In this document: positions 48,809-59,066 of the stretch, one piece after another
Numbering within the stretch: position 1 is the first letter of the stretch
Layout of the letters: each line of letters starts with the position of its first letter
Source of the DNA: Raja brachyura
Taxonomy: Eukaryota
NCBI GenBank assembly: GCA_963514005.1
Contig: OY740809.1
Coordinates: forward strand, 18,290,001 to 18,354,000
Direction of reading: 5' to 3'
Length of the DNA: 64,000 nt
Translations under genes and position numbers: made by a program
The notes under the pieces: model-generated
Told to the model about the DNA's origin: nothing
Database searches by the model: none
What the model saw: only the letters and a program-made list of their open reading frames with translations

Positions 48809-48984
48809 TCTCCTTCGCTCCTTAGATGCTGCTGCACCCGCTGAGTTTCTCCAGCCTTTTGTGTATCCTCAATTTTCCAGCATCTGCAGTTCCTTCTTTA
48901 ACATTTTCTACCCAGAATGTGAGAACATTGTTTTAATTATCTAATGCCCATTATTGACGTACTGCTCCTGAACTGAAGAGGCAG

Positions 48985-49371
48985 CAATCCGCTGAGTTAC
49001 TCCAGCTGTTTGTATCTATCTTTGATTAAAACCAGTATCTGCAGTTCCTTCCTACACATTTTGTCTGCTCCACTGCAATTCTCCTCACGGCATGCCTAAT
49101 TTGAAGAAGTTCTCCTCCTCTCTCTGATGGGAGCACTGCAACATCCTCTCTCCCTGATCCCCCTCTGTGATCCCCCTGCTCATTCATTTGTTCTGTAGCT
49201 CCATCTATATCTCTCAGAACCTCTTCCCTTGACTCTCAGCCTGAAGAAGGGTCTGGACCCGAAATGTCATCTATTCCTTTTCTTCAGATCCGCTGCCTGA
49301 TCCACTGAGTTGCTCTAGGATTGTGTGACTATCTTCAATTTAAACCAGCATCTGCAGTTCCTTCCTACACA
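48985..49371 (+). mobile_element. Two further Penelope pLTR fragments (48985-49060, 49175-49371)
   Basis: Tail gcagttccttcctacaca occurs twice; HHR CTGAAGA-A-GGGTC-TG-GACCC-GAAATGTC at 49241-49268. Confidence 0.8.
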
Positions 49372-49374
49372 TTA

Positions 49375-49815
49375 AGAGTTAACCATGTTGATGAGTCAAG
49401 TCACAAAGGTCAGCAGAATTCTTTCCCTGCAGAACATTATTGAACCGGATGGGTTTTTACAACAATCCTGTGGTTTCATGGCTGTCACTGGGGTCAAGGA
49501 AAGAGCGTTCACGTCGCGGCCCTGTTTCCAACAATCTTTCCCCCACCATACACAAGAAGCGACAAGACAGACACCATTGTATGCAGACGCCGAGAAGTGT
49601 GTTCATTTCTGGCTGAACAACTTCTAATCTTGTGTGTCGACTCAATAAGAAGATAGTTGTCACTATTGAAATGAGCTTGTTTTTTAATTCCAATTCCAAA
49701 TGTATTTATTTATTTAAATCTAAATTCTGCAGCACCTGTGATGGGATTCCATCTTGTTCCCCTTGATCAATGATTCTGGCGTGAACTACTGGTCCACTAA
49801 GTTAATCACTGCACT
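49375..49815 (-). mobile_element. Old SINE, second family, with a 168-bp insert
   Basis: tgaaccggatgggtttttacaacaatc..ttcatggc | tgtcactattg continues across the insert. Confidence 0.6.
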
Positions 49816-50237
49816 TTCATACTTATTAAAGTTTTTAAAAGCGCTATTGTTTCTACTTTTTATGTATCTTGACAATTGATAGTAAGGACTTGATATCATT
49901 GGCTGGCTGTCAGCTTGTTATCCTATTGGAACTAAATGTATTAATTGAAACTTTTACAAATAGGAACAAGTAGTTTTATTAAACTAGTGGCAAGGCAAAG
50001 TAAATGATTATCACAGCTCTTGTATGGAACTTTCATAGACTGAACATTTGCCCAGCTCTTACAAAAGCAATTGGGGTTTAGCTTCAGCATCTAGGTCCTC
50101 AAAGCAGATTTAGTATGACACCGTTCCCATTGAAAATGCAAAGGTATTTTAATATATTTCACTGCAAAATTTGTAAAAATCTAACTCATGATATTCCAAA
50201 ACCAAAAAACTGAAAATGGTCTAATTCTAGTATAATA

Positions 50238-50337
50238 GAGTATAGACACTAAGTGCTGGAGTAACTAAGCGGATCACGCACCATCTCCAGAGACAAGGGA
50301 TGGGTGACGTTTTGGGTTGGGACCCTTCTTCAGACTG
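50238..50337 (-). mobile_element. Solo Penelope pLTR
   Basis: gggtgacgttttgggttgggacccttcttcagact. Confidence 0.8.
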
Positions 50338-50913
50338 ACAGAGTGTATCGGAAATACTTAGTAGATTAAACGTAGAAAGGAAAAGGGTGAGCATTTTGCT
50401 TCGATAACCTTTATCATGATCTGAAATGTTAACTGTTTTATTTTACTCCTAATTAGATTCCTTTCCAGACAAATGGAGACGGGCAGGCTGAGAACATACC
50501 CATTATCCAATCTCCTGATTTTCATTTCATTATTTGAATGAAAATGTGGTTATTTCCATAAATCAGATTTCAGGTCAACCTTGTGTCAATTAATTAATTG
50601 GAGCTGTGGTGGGATTTCTGACGTACCAAATGACTTACTATGCAGCATACAGAGTCAACTTACTCCATGAAACTATCTATTTAAATGGCAAATGGAATAA
50701 AGCAGGATAATTTCTCCAGAACAATGCAGTGAATTAAGAATAGTTGGGTATAATTATGTACATTAAATCTAGCTCAGTCACATCAGGCTGTGTGGTCATT
50801 AAGCTTGAACGACTGGTAAATTAGCCAATCATCGCGCACACAAGCTGATTGTACCATCATGACCATATGCTGTTGTCCATAAAAAATATGGCATCTGTCC
50901 CACTAAATTACCT

Positions 50914-51034
50914 GAGTCTGAAGAAGGGTCTCCATCCAAAACATCACCCATTCCTTCTCCCAGTTTGAAGAAGAGCCTCATCCCGAAATATCACCCATTC
51001 CAGAGATGCTGCCTGTCCCGCTTTTTGCGTCTAT
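50914..51034 (+). mobile_element. Penelope pLTR insertion with two tandem HHR remnants and 14-bp TSD
   Basis: CCACTAAATTACCT at 50900-50913 and 51035-51048. Confidence 0.82.
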
Positions 51035-51119
51035 CCACTAAATTACCTTTTGGATGGCCAAAGGCAAATAATAGTTATTTTAAAATCGGAGAAATTTTAA
51101 CTCTTAAAATCAGAGATAT

Positions 51120-51225
51120 CTCCTTGAGTCTGATGAAGGGTCTCAACATGAAATGTCACCTATTCCTCCTCTCCAGAGATGCTGCCTATCCCACTGAGTT
51201 ACTCCAGCATTTTGTGTCTATCTTT
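51120..51225 (+). mobile_element. Solo Penelope pLTR
   Basis: gtctgatgaagggtctcaacatgaaatgtcacc..gtgtctatct. Confidence 0.8.
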
Positions 51226-51725
51226 ATATTAAGATATTTTTAAAGATCCTTTACCCATAGCCAAATATCAATTTTGCTTATTCGGTGAAACTTGAGTTGG
51301 GAATCTAATGCAGGCTTGTTACTTCATTGTGATGCTGAGGGAACACAGCTTTGTGAAGAAACAGTAAGCTAAAGCATTCTGCACAAATCCAGTGGATTGA
51401 AAAGATCTTAACAACATCCTCTGCCCCTCTGCTTCAGGGGGTTTATTAGAATCAGACACTACAAGGTCAAGCAGGAAATGTCAAATGAGTCTATAAACCT
51501 TTGAAGTGTTAATTTGAAAGCTGCTGGGGACTGGGAAGTAAAATAGTGAAATATCGCTGTAAAGATCACCATTGAGCTTCCACAATTTGGATGGTTCTAT
51601 TAAACTTTAAAGATTTCGATTACTCAATGTTTTCTGATATTTCTGTCAAGTTTTTTTTTGAAGTTTCAAGAACTACAGTGATAATGTTAACACGTTTTAA
51701 TTTGTGGCTTTGAACTCTTTTATAG

Positions 51726-51791
51726 ATGGTGAGGCTGACAGTGCAACGCAATCCTGAAGCATGAAGAAAAATTGCGTGCTTTATTGACACA
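51726..51791 (+). other. DLGAP3: 5'-UTR part of the DLGAP3 exon (acceptor AG at 51724-51725), containing two short uORFs
   Basis: Pyrimidine-rich ttgaactcttttatAG acceptor; in-frame TGA at 51762-51764 upstream of the main ATG. Confidence 0.7.
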
Positions 51792-52823
51792 ATGAAGGGA
51801 TATAATGGGAGTCGGAGCCAGTCACAACATTCTTCCGCACACACATGCCATTGTATGCCTGAGGATTGCGATCACTCCCATGATTACCTACATCACAGCC
51901 AGGACCCGAGGCAGTCCTACTTGCTCAGTCCCAGCGAATCCTGCTCGATGGACCATCACTACTGCGTGTCGAGAAGCACCATGCCCGCCGAATGTGTCGC
52001 AGCGCAGGTTAGCATGAATGAACAGATGTCGTCCAGCAGCACCTTCCCGAGGATGCACCACAACCCGCAGTATGAATCTTGTGACGACTGCATGGCTGCC
52101 ACCCACACGGCCAGCAAGATCAACCGGCTGCCCGCCAACCTGCTGGACCAGTTTGAGAAGCAGTTGCCCCTCCACCACGACGGGTTCCACACACTGCAGT
52201 ACCAACGGGCCAGCTCGGCAGAGCAGCGGAGCGAGAGTCCCAGCCGCATCCGGCACCTGGTCCATTCCGTGCAGAAGCTTTTCGCCAAGTCCCATTCCCT
52301 GGAAGCCCCCTCAAAAGGAAACATAAATGGGACGAAGGGAGAGGGAAGAGGCGGAGACAGCTACCACCACCATCACCACCAACACCACCAACACCATCAA
52401 CACCACCAGTCGAGATCAGCAAAAAGGAGTAAAAGCAAGGAACGCAAATCGGAGTCCAAGCACAGAGCCAAGATCACTGGCTGGTGGAGTTCAGATGACA
52501 ACCTCGACAGCGACAGCAGTTATATGGTAACTGCCGGCTCCAGTAGGCACTCTATGGATCAGTCCACCCAGTACTGTACAGAACCCATTGAAAGTGCCTT
52601 CAGAGATTTGACCCTGAAGAGCTTGAAAAGCAGCAGTGAAGGGAAATGTTTAGCTTGTGCAGCCATGCCAATGCTGGCTGATTCACAGCACACAAAACGT
52701 AGTGCATGGTCTACCATGACAGTAAGCCAAGCCCGGGAGGCCTACCCCAGCTCGGGCCCGAACCAAGACAAACCAATGCTACAGGATATCAAGGCACAAG
52801 AAAGAGCTTATCATTATCTTCAG
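51792..52823 (+). CDS. DLGAP3: First large coding exon of Disks large-associated protein 3 (SAPAP3), 344 codons, ends at a phase-0 splice donor
   Basis: Translation has DLGAP motifs SSTFPRM, LLDQFEKQLP..DGFHTLQYQR, RSESPSRIRHLVHSVQKLFAKSHSLEAP, GWWSSDDNLDSD and YHYLQ. MKGY start, poly-His before KRSKSK and EGKCLAC match the DLGAP3 paralogue. Donor CAG|GTAGGT at 52823/52824. Confidence 0.95.
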
Positions 52824-52909
52824 GTAGGTGATAAACCATTATTGCCAGCTTTCGATACAGGGCCATCAATATGTAAAATCCATGGAACCTTTATTCAAGG
52901 ACATTGTAT

Positions 52910-53140
52910 TTGAAGATAAACACAACATGCTGGAGTAACTTAGCTGAACAGGCAGCATCTCTAAATAGAAGGAATGGGTGACATTTTGGGTTGAGACCGT
53001 TCTTGACCAGAAACGCCACCCATTCCTTCTATCCAGAGATGCTGCCTGTTCTTCTAAATTAATCCAGCACTTTGTGTCTATCTTCGGTGTAAACCGAAGC
53101 TGCAGTTCTGAACTGAACAGCATCTGCAGTACCTTCCTGC
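52910..53140. mobile_element. Fold-back Penelope pLTR element starting under 90 bp after the DLGAP3 donor
   Basis: gaagataaacacaacatgctgg / ccagcactttgtgtctatcttc arms. Confidence 0.82.
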
Positions 53141-53465
53141 TCATTACATTTAAAAAGTTGTACAGTTCTTCGATGACTTCTCCCAAATGTGTTTCAATTT
53201 CCATATGGTTGACTTTTGGATCCTCTGCATGTGAATACTAAATCAGACAATCTACTCTTCAGACTCTTCTATTACAATGTAGAACTTCCTCTCGGGACTC
53301 ACTGCAGCTCATCATCAGCGAGTAAAGAGAAGATGCTTGTTCAAAACTGAACCTGCGTACCACCTCATTAAACAGTATTTGCTAAAGGGGAAGTAGAGAT
53401 TGTTCAGTGATTAACCCCACATGGATGGTAATTGTGACACTCCAGTCAAGGAACTGATTTTAATT

Positions 53466-53634
53466 GAGAGGCACAAAGTGCTGGAGTAACTCAGCAGATC
53501 AGGCAGCATCTCTGGAGAAAAACGATAGGTGCCGTTTCGGGTCGGGACCTATCTCGCCCCTCCTTTTTCTCCAGAGATGCTGCCTGACTCGCTGAGTTAC
53601 TCCAGTGCTATATGTGTCTGCAGTTCTTTTTTGC
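53466..53634. mobile_element. Fold-back Penelope pLTR element with 13-bp TSD
   Basis: ACTGATTTTAATT at 53453-53465 and 53635-53647. Confidence 0.85.
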
Positions 53635-54469
53635 ACTGATTTTAATTCCTCGGCATCAAAATACACGTTTTTCATTGTGATGAACTTTATCAAAAGCAGA
53701 CTAGCTGGCTTGCTATTCACTTCTACAAGGATCTAAAAGTTAATCATATGGTAACTTTAAATATTTGCCTCATACTTTGCATTAGTCCTCTGGCATTAGT
53801 TAAACAAAGAAGACCTTTTGAACTTTACAACTTTACAATGAAGGAAATTATATTGTTTGCATATTAGATGGGGTTTTTTTTTCATTTATCTATTGTATAT
53901 GTGCAGCTGTGTTATGTCAACTGAACTGCTTAGATCAGAATTGAAAAACAGTCACGAGGTAAATTATTTTAAAAACATATCCATGAATGGATCTGTTAAA
54001 ATGCCGAGGAAATACCTCCTTAAATGTTAACAGTTAATGAGGGACAATATTCATGTCCCTTTCCTGCATAAACATCTTACAGGATATGTGGAACATTACA
54101 TGTGCAAATATATTGTGTCTTGCATTTTTTGTACTTAGAATGTAGAAAAATGCCGGGAGTACTTCAGCAAAGCAAGGGGAGAAATGAATGCAACTTCAAG
54201 GAGATACAGGAGGGTGAAATAAAGCCTGATTATTTATGGACGCTCTTAAGACAGGAGCAGAGTAGGAAATGTTGGGGCGCAGATGCACAAGTGGGAAGGA
54301 TCAGATAATTGTGTGGTGATTATGAACCAGGTGCAGGACTGGGATTTTAGTAGCATAAGGGGCAAATCTGGGTGTTATCAAATGGCATTACAGAGGTGGG
54401 GAGGAAATGGATCAGAAACTCAGAGTCCCATAAAATGCCAAGGTTACAGACAGGTAGCTTTGTGTTTTC

Positions 54470-54860
54470 ATAAGTTGATAAATTATAGGAGCAGAATTAG
54501 GCCTTTTGGCCCATCAAGTCTACCCCATTATTCAATCATGGCTGATCTATCGTTTACTCTCAACCCCATGCTCTTGTCTTTTCCCCATAACCCCTGACAC
54601 CCTGTCAATCTTCACCTTAAAAACTATCCATTGATTTGGCCTCCACAGCCGTCTGGCAATGAATTCCACAGATTCACCACACTTTGACTGAAGAAAATCC
54701 TCCTCATCTCCTTTCAAAAAAGTTACAGCCTTTTATTCTGAGGCTATGGCCCACTAGTGGAACTCAAATTTCACTACCTTAATTAGTACATGTGACAATA
54801 AACTGTCCTTGAAACCGTGAACCTTGAAATATCCTCTCCACATTGACTCTATCCAGGTCT
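54470..54860 (-). mobile_element. CR1 3' end with a LINE-tail micro-insertion (54762-54830, +)
   Basis: ttcaatcatggctgatct..gaattccacagattcacc; insert actcaaatttcactaccttaattagtacatgtgacaataaa. Confidence 0.8.
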
Positions 54861-55242
54861 TGCCTTTTCTTCTTACCTTGCTGGGCACAATTCCAGTTGT
54901 TTGTTGTGACTCATAATGAGCTTTGGGTTATTTTGTAGTGCTAAAGGTACCATAGATATGGTACAGCCAGTGATAGTAGAGAAGGGGGAAAGGAATTAAT
55001 GCCAATGGTTAAAGAGTGTGGAAGAGAAATACAGGCAATGCTTTTGTTTATTCCAGTGGTTTAGCTTGAAGGATGCAGTAATTCATGCAAGAATGGAGAC
55101 TGGTAAAGAAAATGCATGCTTTTTCCGTATAGTAACTGTCATTCAGATGCACGATAAAATCGGTGCTGAAAATCCTGTTAAAAAATTGTTAAGATGGTTT
55201 TCACTCTGATTGTGCAGAGACAATCTGAAGAAACCCCCGGGG

Positions 55243-55482
55243 GTTACACAAAAAGCTGGAGAAACTCAGCGGGTGCAGCAGCATCTAAGGAGCGAAGGAG
55301 ATAGGCGACGTTTCGGGTCGAGACTCTTCTTCAGACTGGTCAGGGATCAGGGAAACGAGAGATATAGACAGTGATGTGGTGAGATAAAGAACAATGAATG
55401 AAAGATATGCAAAAAAGTATTGATGATAAAGGAAACAGGCCATTGTAAGCTGTTTGTAGTGTGAAAATGAGAAGCTAGTGTG
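55243..55482 (-). mobile_element. Penelope pLTR + 3'UTR with near-intact HHR (55303-55337)
   Basis: Minus strand AGT-CTGAAGA-A-GAGTC-TC-GACCC-GAAA-CG-TC-GCC. Confidence 0.85.
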
Positions 55483-55764
55483 ACTAATGTTTAAGCCCCA
55501 TGCCTGCATTAGTGCTGTGCTGGCTGCTCAGAAATAAGTCAATGCTTAAGGAACTCTCTTTGTTGTACACCTTCACCCCCTCTCTCCAGTGCCACATCTT
55601 GCACCGGGGTGCATAATAGGGATGCTATGACTTTGCCAATGACACTCGTATATACTTATCCACAAGTTCACCCTCAAAGGAAAATGAGCCTGGCAGAAGT
55701 TGAGGGAAAACACAAATGATTTAGTGGAACCTCCGCCCATTGACTGTGTGGTTTGCTTCTTGTT

Positions 55765-56068
55765 TTAGTTTTGTTTAGGTTAGAGATAGAGCGTGGAAAC
55801 AGGCCCTTCGGCCCATGACGACCAGCGATTCCAGCACATTAACACTATCCTACACACACTAGGGACAATTTACAATGTTACCAAGCCAATTAACCTACAA
55901 ACCTGTGCATCTTTGGAGTGTGGGAGGAAACGGGAGCTCCCGGGGAAAACCCACCCAGGTCACGGGGAGAACGTACAAACTCCGTACAGACAGCACCCGT
56001 AGTCGGGATCGAGCCCGGGTCTCTGGCGCTGTAAGGCAGGAACTCTACCGTTGCGCCACTATGTCACC
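55765..56068 (-). mobile_element. V-SINE
   Basis: Complete head, V-domain and tail. Confidence 0.9.
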
Positions 56069-57289
56069 CTGTGCGTGCATCTTAAACAACCAGCTTCTGT
56101 CAGTAAGGTTAGTGAACTACAGACGCAGATTTCCATATTTGAGTATGAGTATGGTGATAATGGAAAGTTGACTCAAAAGGGAACAGGGGAGAGAAACCCC
56201 CCAATAATCCTGTCTCCACAATCCTCCTTGATGGAGAATTCCAGATATTCACCATTTTAACATAGAACATAGAATAGTAAGTACATCAGTGAAAATATTT
56301 CCACGCATCTCAGTTTCCAATGACTATCCCCCACTTTGTAACCATGTCTCCTTGTTCAAGATACTCCCATCAGTGGAAACATATTAACATCTACCTAGTC
56401 ATACATTAGGTTAAGGTTGATCTTAACTCCTAATTCCCAACCCATAACCCTCGTGGTCTTATGTATTTTACTAACTCTACCCTTCATTCTAATGTATTTA
56501 GCTGTTCACCATAACACAACACATTCATCCCAGGAATTAGCCCAGCTTAGGCCTAGTTTTGATTTTTTAGTCGTCAATTTTGTCTTCGTCACTAAATTGT
56601 CTCCAGTCCCTGTTTTAAGCATTTTGAAAGAATGGTTGGTATGGTATTTTCAAATCTGATTGATAGATGATCCTTTAGCCCCGATGGACAGGTTAAGCTG
56701 CAGCGGAACAGTCTACTTGGTTACCTCAGACGCCTATCAATAAGCTGACAAGCATCACCTGGAACTGATCATTGCTTCAAGAACAAAAAAATGTTAGCAA
56801 AGATCATCACTTTAATGAGGAACAAAGTGGCTCATTTACAGTTAAACACCCTGCAGCACTGTTGCAATATTTATAGCCTGTTGTTAATTTGCTCATTCCA
56901 GAAATAGTCTGTAAAAGGATGGCAAAGAACACTGCAATCAATTAGTGTGAATAATGAAGGTTCTCCATCAGTTCGTGCAGCATTTTACTGGAGTGTTTTA
57001 GTGTTTTCCTTTTGTATGTTTGGCTATTTGATCCTGCCAAAGAAACACTCACTGTCCATTCACCCACCCCATCAAACAGGATGCATTCTCCAACCTCCAT
57101 TGAAATGTTTTTGCCGCTGTCCTTCACTCCTCCTGTCACAGCTGACATTTTCATTCCCCAGACCAGTCGTTCTTGTGCTCTTTGTGAGTGAGACTTATAA
57201 GGTCATGAGGTCATAAGGAATAGGAGTAGAATTAGACCACCCGGCCCAAGTTAGACTCCCAAGTTAGTGCAACTAGTGCTGTGTCATTT

Positions 57290-57375
57290 TGTCAAGTCAA
57301 AGTCAAACAAACTTTATTGTCATTTAGAAATACATCGATATATGCAATTCCAAACGAAATTCCGTTCCGTTTTGT
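57290..57375 (-). mobile_element. Rex/Babar 3' tail fragment
   Basis: Near-identical to 18775-18860. Confidence 0.75.
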
Positions 57376-58220
57376 ATTCGTATGGGAATTGGATTTAGCC
57401 TAAGACCTCCGTTTGGACTTTTACCAGATGTCAGGGTAAGGATGGTTTCATTTTGCTAGAATGGGAAGGACTTGTGCAGGGTATGTAATGGAGGTACATG
57501 AGAAATAAGAAGCAAGAAAGGCTATCCACCTATTAACCATTTATTATCCTATTTCCTCCATTTTAAGATATAGCTAAATTTTAAATTGGTCTAATCTATT
57601 CATCGCCTCGACAGGCGGATAATACCACAAAATGACCACATTTCAAAGCATTAGAAATGATAAAATATTCAGTCTACCTGTTCCATTGTAAACACTGCTC
57701 TCGTCAGCTTGCTTTTAAATTAACATGGGTTCCACAACTGTTTTGGTGCTGTTTAATGAGCATCAAGCTCATTGCAGCATATTAATATGCATGAAATCTG
57801 CACATTAACATATCCCAGCAATAAACATAAGCAGGGACTGTTTAGAAATCTTACACGTTTTTTTTTAAACTCTGGGATCATTTTTGAAAAACGATCAGTA
57901 TTTCTACAAAGTGGCGTGATAAGAGCGGTAGGCTGTTGAATATAGACGAGTAAAAGAGCAGAGAACCATTTGATCATTTTGAATTGACACGATTATAAAT
58001 GAGACAATTTATGAATGAAAAGAACCGTCTCCTTGTTTGCGCAATAATTGCTGTCTCTGTTTAACAGTAGTTTTCCTTTGCTATTTGGGGCAGATGTGGG
58101 CAACTCACTGTTACCAACAAGTTCTGGGCAATTTTACTATGTTCAACATGTGGAGACATTGCATTGGGCCAAAAGCTGCAGAGGAACTACGATTGCATGG
58201 ACACCAAGTATTTAAAAAAG

Positions 58221-58342
58221 TGTGTAGGAAGGAACTGCAGATGCTGGTTTAAACCGAAGATAGACACAAGGTGCTGGAGTAATTCAGCATCCGTGGATAA
58301 AAGGAATAGGTGACATTTTGGGTAGGAACTCTTCTTCAGACT
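58221..58342 (-). mobile_element. Solo Penelope pLTR
   Basis: tgtgtaggaaggaactgcagatgctgg..cttcttcagact. Confidence 0.82.
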
Positions 58343-58819
58343 TCAAATTGAGAATACAAGACCAAAGGAGAACCCTACAGCCCAAAATGTCTCCAGTGCC
58401 GTAGATTTATGAAATTTCCCACATATCCAATCACTTTAGAACATGAGTCGTAGGATTTGAACCATGCTTGGAAATTAGAGCATTATTCATTGAGACCTGT
58501 ATACTAATCTTCCCATCAAGAACGTTATTGTCATGGAATCAGAAGAACAGTGAGTATGATTTGTGACTCCAGGGAAAATGTTGGTTCTGGCCCGACCTAT
58601 TGCCTGTCTCCATAATGAGCTGCCCCCTGCTGGGCTGTTCAATTAGCTCACACTCGTGATGATGAGGACTAATGCTTCGCTGCCACTGCTCTCCCACTCA
58701 GTTTTACTGAGACTCAGGTCTCCAACTCCCAGCTGCTCCTTCATATCCCAAACAACCAACTGACACACTGAAAGAGTTGGAAACTTAGACATATCCCAGT
58801 CAACCCAACCAGCAACAAG

Positions 58820-58993
58820 AAAGAACTGCAGATGCTGGTTTATGCGGAAGATAGACACAAAATGTTGGAGTAACTCAGTGGGTCAAGCAGAATGGGTCTG
58901 AAGAAGGGTCGTGACCCAAAACATCAGCTATTCATTTTTTCCAGAGATGCTGCCTGACCCGCTGCGTTACTCCAGCATTTTATGTCTATCTTC
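58820..58993. mobile_element. Fold-back Penelope pLTR element
   Basis: Inverted arms; CTGAAGA-A-GGGTC-GT-GACCC-AAAAC. Confidence 0.82.
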
Positions 58994-59066
58994 GAACTGT
59001 AAACATACCTTTCAGACTTGGCATGGAAAGTGGTTATGTCTCCAGGAACTAACATTAAAACACTTA

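Larger units (their letters stand above)
47328..48900 (+). mobile_element. Penelope-like retroelement, 5'-truncated (RT + GIY-YIG + pLTR), 13-bp TSD
   Basis: AD*GGAVVVW; FYLLPKIHK..GRPIVS; QTQGVAM; YLRYINDCF; IYCIRC..IYIGETKRR..RFAEH; ACATTTTCTACCC at 47315-47327 and 48901-48913. Confidence 0.95.

Noticed and set aside
51805-52530. Alternative-frame and antisense ORFs over the DLGAP3 exon
   Set aside because: By-products of GC-rich coding sequence; no recognisable motifs.
52824-52913. C-terminal 29 codons of the 373-aa ORF (VGDKPLL...)
   Set aside because: Read-through into the intron; DLGAP similarity ends at YLQ, where a strong CAG|GTAGGT donor lies.
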